A stretch of 64,000 bases of DNA, from contig CM022677.1 of NCBI GenBank assembly GCA_012295275.1, positions 12,648,001-12,712,000 on the forward strand. Direction: 5' to 3'. Below, in pieces: positions 12,241 through 25,134 of this stretch. How positions within the stretch are numbered: position 1 is the first letter of the stretch; each line of letters starts with the position of its first letter. The stretch is from Chrysomallon squamiferum (taxonomy: Eukaryota > Animalia > Mollusca). The position numbers and the translations under genes are program-made. The notes beneath the pieces were generated by a model, which was not told the DNA's origin, ran no database searches, and saw only the letters and a list, made by a program, of their open reading frames with translations.

Positions 12241-13057
12241 AAAAAATATAAAACAAGACACGGGATGCAATGAAAATGTTAAACAAGCCAGGGAAGATTT
12301 GATCAACAGGCTAAACAAAACAATGTAAAACAAAGGAAGATTAACCAATTTTCTAAAAAGATAGCACAAGATTTGATTATTTTTAACTGACAGAGAAGAT
12401 GGGATTAATAGGTTAAACAAAACAATTTGTGAAACAAAGAAGGATTAACAAATTTTCAAGAAATAAAAGACCACACAAGACACAAAACAAATAATACATT
12501 TACCACATTGGATTAACCCATTCAGAAGCAAGATAGGGTCAGGTTGTTAGTTCAGTATTCATTTTGGCAAAAATGGGATGACACCACACACACATACACA
12601 CTATTATATGAGTAGCAATTATCACTACGGCTGATACACACACACTATAAAGGATTTCTTGTAAATTTCTCTGTGGCCAGTATGCCAGACTTGCAACAGA
12701 ACTTTGATTTGATTCATCTTGATAAAAATGAAAAAAAATGAAAAAAACAACATTCATCTTTCATATACATACCACAACACATACTGAAACACACATAGAA
12801 AAATCTAGCAAATACACATACATAGACACACATAGACAGACAGAAACTCAGAAACAAACACACCAACTAACCCTAAATACCAACAACAGATGACAAATAC
12901 ACTGAAATGCCAAACACAGAATCAAATAGAATGACAAAGAATGAATGAGAAAGAAAATACAGAGAAGAAAGAGAAAGTGTTAAGTAGAAGGATGTTGATA
13001 ATTATGGATAAAGAAGAAAGAAAAGAAAAATATACAGAAAAAAGTATGTGTAGGAGT

Positions 13058-13106
<49 letters not shown>

Positions 13107-13229
13107 ATAAGATATCATAATATACAAATCTAAATTAACCATCAACAGTAAGTGTTTGGTTGTTAACTTTTGCATCATTCAGATGAAAAGCAGTCATCTT
13201 TGGATGATTGAAAACAGCAGACAAAAACT

Positions 13230-14830
13230 GAGTACACAATTTAGTGATCCCAGCGGTTTATTCCCGATTCTGGCAGTGAGATTATAACACATCTTAACTG
13301 GACACGCCAGTTGTTCCATTTCTGGTATTTAATTTCTCACCCTTACTAATTGGTGTTCCGTCACCTTAATTGATGGCCCATCACCTTAACTGATGTACTT
13401 TTGTCCACAATTTGTAGGACAATCAGTCAGACTCTACGCAAGAAATGTCACAGAAAACACTCCACTGCAAGCTGACAAATAGGAAGCCGTGTCCCGGGTA
13501 CATGTGACGTACTCCAATCCCAGCTGGAAGAGCTTGTGCTTGTCTTCTTCAGTGCAGTGGGACTTGGTTTCTGTCCACCTTCCAGCTGCAGCAGATGGTC
13601 TTCCTTGCTGGCGTTCTCTGACCTGAACAGGAGAATCAGCTCATATATATTCATGTGTGGTTTCACTCCTCTCTTGGCCAACCTGCTGTTGTAACCTTCA
13701 CAGTTAGGGGTGTTGCTCCTGAAGTGGTTCCAAATGGTCAATGGAAAGTTGCCATTAATCCACGAATCTCGAAAGTACTCGCTGAACTGAAAGCAAGCTG
13801 GCAGATCTGGTTTGTGGGTCACTATAAGGTTGTATCCATCCACAACACGAGGAACTGGAAGGAACGCTAGTCCAACAAATATAAGGAACCACTTGCGTAC
13901 GTCCTCACTGGACCTGTAAGCAGGGGAAATGGCCCAATCCTTGAAGATTCCGAGACAGGGCTTGGCTGAAGTGGTATAGCCATCCCTTCAGATGTGTAGA
14001 TGGCATCAAATCACGAATCACATTGTGCACTGTGATTTCAAAATCCACGATCACAGTTTTAGGTTCAACAGAACAATTCTGGCACACACACTCATGGATT
14101 AGGTGACAATGAATCACATACAGCTGGTAAAAGATCTTCCAACAGATCTTGAATGTTTCATCCATTGATGTAGTCTCGGACTCACAAAGTCTCCTAAAAT
14201 CAGCACCAGTACCAAACATGATGATTCTACTCTCCACCTGCACGTCATCCACAAGGACAAAATCAGATCCCAACTGTCTTGGTCCACTCACCTTCCAGGT
14301 GTAAATCCATGGCTGCCTTTGGAGTTTGCAGGCTTTTTCGCTCTCTGTCAGTACAAGCAGGATTTGATGCCCTCAAACATATTCAGCTTGGAAGCTCTGT
14401 CCTGAGGTGTTGCGTCTCCATACTTGGTCAACAATTTCTTCCTCTCCTCTTCATGTATCTTTAGGAAACTGGTCAGCTCCTCTTTGGGATACTCCTCCCA
14501 TGCTCGCATCCGCATGGTGTTGGTCAGTAGGTGGACAGCAATTTCACTCTCATCCGAGGAATGGATGTGGTCTTTACCTCTCCCGACCACAGTCCCATCC
14601 GGTGTAGTAGTCACGGTGGCAAGGCACCTCGAATACAGACATCTCTATGACATTCTTGTTATTAATCCGCCTTGCATACCTATATCCATTGATCTTGTTA
14701 AAATTGTAATATTTCCTGTCTCCAAATTTTATTGAGATACAACATTAATTTCATGTCTCCAAACATTAATTTTCTTGCAGTCTCTATTCCGGCTCACCTC
14801 TGCTCTTCACTGCTCATTAAAGTTAATCTC
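13230..14830 (-). mobile_element. Near-full-length degenerate FLYWCH-MULE (Mutator-like) element
   Basis: NGYRY...RCLYSRCLATVTTTPDGTVVGRGKDHIH (FLYWCH); RIIMFGT...MDETFKIC..IFYQLYVIH; VIVDFEI..HNVIR; GWLYHFSQAL.RNLQGLG; YFRDSWING.FP..IWNHF...TPNCEGYNSRL...HMNIYELILLF. Frameshifts present; ends approximate. Confidence 0.85.
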
Positions 14831-14869
14831 ATTAAACATGCCCTCTGTTCTTCATGCCTTTTGTTAATC

Positions 14870-15108
14870 TCAGTTGTAGTAGTTTTAGTAGTAGTAACAG
14901 TTGTAGTAGCAGTGGTAGCAGAATTCGTAGTTGTGCTATTAGTGGTAACAATACTAGAAGTAGTAATAGTTTTAGTATTAGTAGAACTAGTAGTAGTAAT
15001 AGTGGTAATAGTTGTAGTATTAGTACTAGTTGTAACTGTGAATTAGCTTAGGTCGTCTGGTAGTAGTAAATACAACAAGAAGAGGTAGTAAATAACTGGA
15101 GCCACCAC

Positions 15109-15148
<40 letters not shown>

Positions 15149-15622
15149 CAAGTAGTAGATGTAATAATGGTAGTAAAAATAACATAATTAACATATATAT
15201 AGTATAAGTAACAACAGTAGAAATAGCAATATAGAAGGAGCAGAAGTAGCCATATTAATAACTAATTGATACTGCTGGAGAAATACATATACTACTAATA
15301 ATAATAACACTAACAATAACAATAACAATAATAATATTAATAATAACACTAACACTAACAGTAATAATAATACTGACAACAACAACAACAACAATAATAA
15401 GAAGAAGAAGAAGAAGAAAACGAAGAAGATGAAGAAGAAGAGAAAATAAGAATTTATTTTTCACAGGTATACATATATAAATATAAAAATAATTTCTTTG
15501 TTATTGGATATTATTATTATTATTATTATTACCACTATTATTATTATTATCATTACTATTATCATTATTACTATTATTACTACTAATACTACTACTACTA
15601 TTATTATTATTATTATTATTAT
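14870..15622. repeat. Compound trinucleotide low-complexity tract (GTA/AAT/AAG/TTA)
   Basis: Seen directly. Confidence 0.85.
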
Positions 15623-18504
15623 AAAATATTTTATAACAGTTATAATTAAGATTACTCACAGCACTCTCAGTGTCTGTTTTGTTGGTGGTGAGGCTAAGGA
15701 AGATCACTGTTGTGTTAGAACACACTGCCAAACACACAGCTCGGAAAGCCTGGATTCCAAGACTGTTTCATGATAAATTCAACACCTAGTTAAAAAATAA
15801 GTAAATAAACAAAAATAAAGGTGTTAATAATTAATGAAAATATAGAATACTAAAATATTCAGTAGGTTGTAATATTAAATAAAATAATAAAAAGATTAAT
15901 AATATTATATATCCAATATTATGTAATTCAGTATGATTATATTTTAAATAAATAAAAAATAATACTAAAATTAATAAATAAATAAATAAATGATAGATAC
16001 ATACATACATACATACAATGGATAGATACATAGAAGATAGATAGAAAGATTTATAAATAAATAAAAATAAATAAAAAACAAAAATAATCAACTGTCTACT
16101 AAAACTTGTTTTAAAATCTGACTAAGTGACTAAGTGGTAAAGCTTGTGCAGTTTAAGTCTTGGTTTGGCTGCTTTCAACAAAAACTCCAGTTTCACAAGA
16201 AGATTAGTCAGTTGAGTCAAACTTTTTCTGCGGCTGTGGCCATTACTGGAAGAAAGTTTTGAAACTAATTTCTTTTGTCAGAATTGTTTCAGCAGTTTGT
16301 TCACTTTCTTTCTTAGACATTATTTTTACTGAAATACCTCTCGTAATGGGTGGTGATGTTTCTGGTTTCTTTTCTAGTGTGTCTGGATGTTTCTTGGCAC
16401 ATGAGTTTGAGTTTTCAGTGGTTGGTGTGGTGGTGTTAGTTTGTCTCAGTCTAATGGTGGTACTGGTGTTGTTGGTGCTGACTGCTGTTTCATTTTCAAT
16501 GATGTGAAACCCAGGTCAGTTCTGTGGAAATAACAAAAGAGAGAGAAAAAGAAAAATATATATCTATGTAAAACAAGAAACATGAAGAAGAACTATAATA
16601 ATAAAAATAATTATAACTAGCTTGTATTCATTAAGTTATTACCCTTTCACATTGTTAAGAATCCATGTTTTGATGATCTTTTTGTGAAAGTTCTCTTCAA
16701 CAAAAGCATCAACACCTTTTGGATCCACATGTTCATCAGTCTGATGAGATGAAAGTTAAGTAGCAACAAAAGTTTCTGTATTAGGAAAGGAAAGATGTGT
16801 TTCAAGAATTAAATAAAATATTGATAACTAAGACAGTATATTTACATTGTAAAAAGAAGCTTTACAGCATCTTAACAAAATATTAAAGCAACTGGTCTGG
16901 AAAAGTACATTATCTTTGTTGATTTAATAAACAGTTACTTCAAGCTGGTTACTAATGAAACTGCTAAAACTGACCAAATTGAAAGTAAAGAAAAAATATT
17001 TTATTTAAGAACATATACAGCATGTTTTTTTACTAGATTTAATAAAAAACGGTAACTACCTACACAGAAAATGAAAAAGAAACCCTGTTTCTGCAATATA
17101 AAGTGACACCCTTTTAAACAAGCAACTAAACATATTTTTCTAATGTACGTCTTTGCACAGAAAAAAACAAACACATATACCATAATGTTATACATATATC
17201 AGGCATGGATAATCAGCTAGATTGTTAAATAACCTTATACCAGTCTGTGTAGCAGATCCACATGTTGCAGATCAGGCACCATAAACATAAGCACTAAAAA
17301 AATAGTTTTGTATAAATGGAATAACAAATATACATTATAACTTTAGAAATGTGCTGTTTAATGGTTCAATAAACCTAATGTAATTCATTGGCCTTAAAGT
17401 TCCACCAAATCATTAACAACAGAATTTTAGAGAAATCATTAAATAAATATTTTATTATTTGAGTCATTCTTCACTTCTTAGGCAGAGAAGTAATTTTATT
17501 CCTGAGATTATTTAGTGACAACAGCTTTACTCACAATCTAGAGATTGTTATTTATTGTCATCTTAGAACAGATGCATAAATGCCTCACAGGAAATAACAT
17601 GCCCACCTGTCTGTATATAATTTGTTTAAAAGAAAATTACAGTATAAATATGAATATATTTGTTTTAATTATTGCTTGTTACCTGGACATAAGACATTTG
17701 TTTCACATGCTTGTTGAAGATTCCTCTTCATAGCTGTGCATGTTCTTAACTCAAATCTTATTCTAGTGCCTCTACCACGTTTCACTATAACTGCCCAGTC
17801 TCTGAAGTGACAATGCAGACCAGAAACCACCAACTGTAAGAGTGAAATTAAATAAATAAATAAATAAATAAATTAATTAAAAATGACAATTAAATACTTT
17901 TTAATTGTGCTTGAAATCTATATAACTAAACGAATTAAATGAAACAAATCTAAATTAGAAAATGAATCATTATTTTGTTTTTATTTTCCTTTTTCAAAAT
18001 TTGTTTTGTTTTTGTTAATGGTGTTATCAATTATCATCATTATATTCATTCCTATTATTAATGGACAACAGAGTTATTTCCCTTAGACTACTTTGTCTAT
18101 GAAATTTACTAATAATTATTATTATTAGTAGTAGTAGTAGTAGTATCTCTATTTGTGCATTCTTAGTTTATTTCATATATTTAAAATGTTTCTTTACTAA
18201 AAACTTAATATTTATTCATTCATACTATTCAGAATAAAAATAAGAATTTAAATTTATAACAAAATTCCGTTTTGATATGTGAAAATTTGTATATATTATT
18301 TATTATGATTAGAGAAAGAGAGATTTGGGTTTCACTACGACTAAAGTTGTATGTTTTCATAAAAACGTCATTTCACTGTAAAAATGTAGTATAAAAATTT
18401 CAGTTACATACAAATACTGTTGTTCATACTGACACGTTATTTAAGTTTCACAGATATAATGATTTCTAGAGCGCGGAATGTAACATCAATTCAGGTGTTT
18501 AGAG

Positions 18505-18740
18505 ACAGAGAGTGAAAGAGAGATTCAGAGAGAGAGGAAGAGAAACAGAGAGAGATGGAAACAAATATACAGAGACAGAGAGATATAGAGAGAAACTGAG
18601 AAAGAAAGACAGACAGAGAGAGGAAGATATAGACACAGAGACAGAGAGAGGAAGAGATAGACACAGAGACAGAGAGAGTGGCAGAGAGGATGAAAGAGAC
18701 AGAAAAGAGAGAGAAAGTGAGATATAGAGAGAGTCAAGAC

Positions 18741-18773
<33 letters not shown>

Positions 18774-18782
18774 GAGAAAGAG
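18505..18782. repeat. GA/GACA-rich low-complexity tract
   Basis: Seen directly. Confidence 0.85.
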
Positions 18783-19884
18783 TCTAACCATTAACCAAAT
18801 ATTAACCATTAACAAAAAACTAACCATTAACTAACATTTAACAAATACTAACAATCTATCCTCTGTCTGTCTGTCTGTCTGTCTATACCGATTTTTATTC
18901 ATATAATTATCTGAAAAATCAATCACACATGGCGTACTTCTCTGTTTCATAGTGAGGTCAATACCTGCCCTCACTCTCAACACACAAACAGATAGAACCA
19001 CACCTACATGTCAGTCTCTCTCAGGCTACCCATTTATTTATAATCTATCTAACACACATATAAACATACTCTTATTCACACATTGAGTTATATACCAATC
19101 CTCTAAGATAAATAAAATAATCACTATTATGAACCTATGTATCTATGTATCTATTTATGTAGTTTATACAGTTTGTGTCTGTGTGTGTCATCCATCTATA
19201 TCTACCCTCTATAACACACACATACATCCATAAACCTATTCACTCATCATTTATTTATTTATATTTAATCTGTCATCTCTCTACCAATCATCTCTCTCAA
19301 AGATCCACTAAAAACACTTTCACATACACATTTACGTATCCATTCTCTCTAACACACAGACACATACACATCAATTTATCTATGTTAATCTGTATATATC
19401 TTTCTATATATGTAACTAATTATTGTCTACCTAACCTATCAATCTATTTCTCAAGCTATCAGTATGTCTAACTATCTCTATATCAATCTATCTTACTCTC
19501 TTGGTTACAAATAGCACAGTCTGTTTTGCAAACACACACACATTTACGTATACACTATTTATATCGTATTTAATTATTTAAATACATTTTTTTTAAATCT
19601 GTTTTTCTATCAGTAAATCTATATATATTTATCTATTTATCCAATATACATAAGCAACAGACTCAGTCTTTCTTACAGCTGTGCAGTATATACTCATGCC
19701 TCCTTGCATCTATCTAGCTTTCTTCTGTCTATCAATTTACCTCTCTACTGACACAATTTACCTCTCTACTGACACTTGTTTACACACATATATGTAGGTA
19801 CATATACATACTAATCATCTTTAAACACACAAATACATTATCATTCTTATACATGTTACGTGTGTGTGTATATATATATATACA

Positions 19885-21110
19885 CACTCTCCCAAAAAAG
19901 AAATGCAAAATGGTTGATTTGTTAGATAACTATTGTAAACTGACACATATCAATGTAATGACATTTGGTGATTCAGATGTATAGCTTTTGTTACAGTCAC
20001 CAAAAAGCAGGTAACACAAAATAAAGACTATGATTGTGTTTATTAGCCAAAACATCCCCGCATGCAAACCACATTACCAGTGCATGTGCATGTGCAGCAC
20101 ATGAAACTTGAATATAAGGGTTATAAAAATGCAAGGTTTTCAAAAACTTCTGTTCGTTATTTTTGCTCTGACCCAACATCAAACAAATGCCACTACTGAG
20201 TGAACCACATCGAAACAACACCATCGGCTATTTAGAAGTTGGCAAATCCTTCTCAGCCATAGCCTGGGTGTTCCATGTATCCCCAAGCACCATCTTGAGA
20301 TTGTGGTATCAGTTCCAGCAATACCAAACACATGACCGTCCCAGATCAGGTAGACCACGTGTAACCACCAGGGCCCAGGACTGCTACATACGCGTACTTC
20401 ATCTACGGGAAAGAATCACCATGGCAACCTCTACTGCTTCAGCAATACCAGGTCTTTGTAGAGTATCAGTTCAGACAGTGCGCAATCGTTTATGCGAGGC
20501 AGGTAGTGTCAGTAGTGTCAAGTGCACAGAGTCTGGCTTCAGTTACGATGGAGAACTGTCAGGTTTAGTGACGAGGCTTGATTTCTGCTTCATCGAGCTG
20601 ATGGAAGATGTCGAGTTTACAGATGTCGTGGTGAATGTTTTGCTGCAAACTGCATACAGGAAGCGGACAGATTTGGCAGTGGTAGTGTGATGGTGTGGGC
20701 AGCAATCTCATACACTGGCAGGACCAACCTGGCCCTCTGAATCTCTGGATTTGAACCCTATAGAGCATTTGTGGGAAGATTGTTGGATAGATGACTGAGA
20801 CAGTATCAACCACAGCCACAGAATTGTACTCAGTTGACATTATTACTACAGACAGAGTGGGCCACCATTCCACAAGGTGTAATTCATAATGTCATTACTG
20901 CCATGGGAAGGAGATGTCAGGCAGTTCTGGACTCCCATGGTGGGCACTCAAGGTATTGACATTATAAACTTGAACTTTAATCTTTTCAATGTAATACCAT
21001 CAATATTAATGGATTGCAAAAGTGTGTGTAAAATGTGAACATTCTGCTGCTTTCTGTTGATCCATTAATGTCAATAAAATCTACTTTTGCGTTTCTTTTT
21101 TGTTAGAGTA
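19885..21110 (+). mobile_element. Tc1/mariner DNA transposon, copy 1 (defective)
   Basis: TIRs ACTCTCCCAAAAAAGAAATGCAAAA and TTTTGCGTTTCTTTTTTGTTAGAGTA in a TA-rich site. Transposase HTH (..DRPRSGRPRVTTRAQDCYIRVLHLR..VSVQTVRNRL), FSDE, SVMVWAAIS and NPIEHLW. Confidence 0.92.
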
Positions 21111-23454
21111 TATATATACACATACCCATTCCTTAACACATATAGCTACTAATCATCTTTAAACACACAAATAAATTATCATTACTATACATGTTATGTA
21201 TGTGTGTGTATACATATAGATATATACACATACCCATTTCTTAACACACATGTCTATCTATATGTCTGTCTACAAATCAATCTACCAAACTAGTAAAATA
21301 CCTACCCATCAGTTTATCTCTCTAGCTTATACATCTATTTTTCAATAACCATCTATCAATCATGTGTCCAGCTCCCTGAATATCTAAAACCTAGTTATAA
21401 TACTTCAAACCTTGCTATCTTGCTGAATGTCTGCGTATTTATTTCTGTGTCTGTATATATACAGATATAAATAGTTACATCTTTCTGTATTTATGTGTAC
21501 ATCTGTACGTCTACATGCTCAGCCTGGCACACAAACACACATGACAGAAAGAAGAATACACAGAATAGATAGATGGCCATTGTCATGTTTACCTATCTGC
21601 CTAAATTCATCTACATCTATCAAATTATTTGTTAACTTCTACTGATCTAACTGTCTGTCAGTCTATCAACATCTCTCTCTTTCTTTCTGTTTATCTTCCT
21701 GTGTATCTCTTTACCTGTTAACCTCCCATCAGACAGTCAGTCTCATATCTCTGTCAATCTTCTCTCCTTTCATTTGAATCACTTATAGTAGCTCTAAACT
21801 TGCTATTATTGTCTATGAAAACAACATTAAGCTGGAACCTGCTTGTTGTCTATCTGTAAATATCATTGCTCCACATATTTTCATTTCTTCTATTTGAAAT
21901 GTAGAAACACACATAGCTTTTGCAGTGTCATTAGTCATTACAGTGGAAGTTTTTGTTCCCTTCCATAATAACCAAGAATCATCCACTGTTAACTACTGGA
22001 GAATAATCAATCAACACTGATGTGTACTGTCAACATTTTCTCTGAAAACTGCTTTGGAAAGAAAAATCCATCTTTTGTGAATAATAATTGTTCCATAGCA
22101 GTAGATACCTCATCTGTTTAAATTCTTCTCCCTATTCTTGTAACTGAAGCTGATTCCAGAATCTTGCCTTTCCTGTAGATACAATAATAAAATTTAATAG
22201 AATAATAAGTATTTTTCTATTGTGTTTAATTGTCTGTAATGTTAGAAAGAAATTATTATAAATAAACATCATCTGTCTCTTATTGTAATAGATTTTAATA
22301 ATAAATCACAAATAATTTAAACAAAAAATATATATCTATGAAAAAGTATCACTACAAATTTTACATTCTGGTCAATTTAAAATACATTTATCCAGAATAA
22401 TAATGTTTTAATCCCAAAAGATCAAGATAAACTAAAATTCACAAATTTATAGTGAAATAAATCAACATTAAAATAAAAATCATTGCATAATGCAGAACAG
22501 AATTGCTGAAAGTATTAAACTTGTTAAAAAAAACCCTGAAAGATCAATATCAAAAAATTACTTAAAGTAAAACATAACAAATAATGCATTTTCTAATAAC
22601 CTAACAAAATGAACTGTAAGTATTATAACCAAACTGATAAAAAAAACAAAAAAAACAGAAGAGTTTCAAAATTAATAAATTATTTATATTTAATCACATT
22701 GAAAATAAATTTCAACTTTACAAACAACAAAAATACAAAACACAAAACTGATAATACTCTGTCAAAATTTGCCAGTTTGTAAATACCATATTTATTATAA
22801 GGCCTGAAAAATAATATTAATTTATTAATAAGTATCATTTCTATGAAATCTGTGGAAAAATAAATAAATATATTCAATCTGAAATATATTTTATTTGATA
22901 TATTTATCTAATTATATAAACATAAAAGAACTTCCAGTAAGATATAACTTGGAATTAATCAAACAATTACATTTTCTTCAGTATATTATTATAAAATTAC
23001 TATGTAGTGAAAACTAAAATGTAAGCAAGTATGACAAAGTAATATTTATTTCTTTATTAAATTTAATTGTTAGTCTTAATAAAAAGACTATCCAAATTAA
23101 GGCAAACAACAGTGCTTATATTTGAGCTTATATTTGAAGTGTTATATATTTTGATATAATTAAAATTCTATATTCTTGCTGGAATTTTTTTTTAAATTTC
23201 ATCATATTTTATTATACTGTAATCTACATAATATTGATGCTGACATCTGTTTTAAAAAGATTATTTTATTATGTTTTGCTATGTTTGTGTAAGTCATAAC
23301 TTTATTATAAAACTGTTAATGTTTATTATGACAAAAAAGGACGGAAGTTGGTAAAATTTTTAATTTATTCATAAAAATATATATTTCCTTAATTGTTAGA
23401 ATCATCATTGAGTGTTAAAAAACTATATGTATAAAAATAGTTTTGTCTTAACAA

Positions 23455-23572
<118 letters not shown>

Positions 23573-25096
23573 ATTAACATTAGCATAATCACCACCATTA
23601 TTATGATAATAATTTCTGCTTAGATGACAGGTAATAATAGGAAAAGATTGTTCACCTTCTGTGTATTGCCTTGACATCTCCTGAGCTTTTCAAAATGATG
23701 CAGTTGTAGCATAACCCTTTAGGAAAGAAATAAAATAAAACAAAACATGAAATTACATTCATTTATAAAATGATGTGATCAACATTTCATATTTAAAATG
23801 ATTATACACAGATAAAAGCTGAAGATAAGCTTAACATATTAACTAAGATGTTACTTCTGGAGGTATCTAATAAAACAAAATTAAAAAAACAGCAACATTT
23901 CAGACAAGAAACTGCCTACACAATCCATTAAGAAAAGATTTAAGGAAAAAAGAAGAAAATAAACATTTATCTAATTATCAGCTACAGTTTGTTACACAAA
24001 TGAAACTTAAGTCTAAAAACAGGTCTTTATCCATCCAAGAAACAAAAGCAATACATTTTTCTCCTGTATCATTACATCATACAAAACATAATTAAAACTT
24101 TACTTACCTTTTCACCATTTTCTGCAGGTTCAGCAGACTTATTGTCATTCATTCTGAAAGACAAATAACAGGGTAATAAACCTAATAAGTTAGCAAGTAA
24201 TTTTAAATTACTAAGAATTACTAAGAAATGTATTTAAAATAATTTTAAAAGTAAAAATTATAAAAAAAAATCATTAACACAAACTGAAGTGTGTCAAAAA
24301 TGCATAAACTGATGCTGTTTTCAATAAACGCTTTCTCCCTAGCTAGCGTTACAAAAAATATGTGTCTAGAGCTGTGTGTGTGTGTGTATATAAAAACAAA
24401 GCAAAAAAACATTACTGTATTTGATTTAAATACAACATATTCTTTTGATGGTTTAAACAAATTATAATTGGGATAAAAAATTATGGCTATATATGTATTA
24501 TAATCTGAAATAATTAGAAATAAAGAGATGAAATTCAATTTAACAAAAAAGGTTGATAAAATTATATGTAATACACTTATTTTTGCTCCAATGAGTGGCA
24601 ATACAAATTTTTTTTAGTCCTTTTTCCTAAAAGCTCATAGAAATGACAATGTTTCCCATCAGTGCAACAACTACCACACAGCAATGGAACTAACCTTAAA
24701 CCTGTAGAGTCAAAAAGATCAACATTAAAATACTACAGAACGTTTCTACACCAATATTTGCTACTCATGGAATAACCATTAAATAATTATAGAAACACTA
24801 TTAAAACCTGTAACTATGAAGTTGTAGTTTATATTTTAAAATGAAGACAAACATTAAAGAAAGAAAGAAAACAGAGAAAAATTATTTTTAGCTTATTTGA
24901 AGTCATGTTAAAAAAGCTTAATATTGCATGATGACAAAAGCTTCATAACTTAATTTTTTAATAAACTTTCAAAACTGTTTAAGAAAATTGTGTAAAATCT
25001 TTATTAACTGGAAATGTATCTAATTTCAAAAACGCATTATAATCGTGGCAAATAAATCAGGAAATAAAAAAAAAAATTAGCAAAACAATAATAGAG

Positions 25097-25134
<38 letters not shown>

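Larger units (their letters stand above)
8603..15785 (-). pseudogene. Multi-exon pseudogene of an RNI-like leucine-rich-repeat protein
   Basis: AG/GT-bounded exons: 15660-15785 (VLNLS*NSLGIQAFRAVCLAVCSNTTVIFLSLTTNKTDTESA), 11178-11360 (..KIGTDGALSLCLYHQGHNPELKSLNTGGNSL), 10695-10742 (VGDSFLI*LTAIGGHPG), 10520-10598 (frameshifted), 10018-10092 (TLRSVFCLLTITGGKKDGEVPTWLQ), 9295-9492 (LADHCARAVYAFNLSGN..EEVVLMK), and tentatively 8603-8634. The LxLSxNxLG pattern matches RI-type LRRs. Confidence 0.7.
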
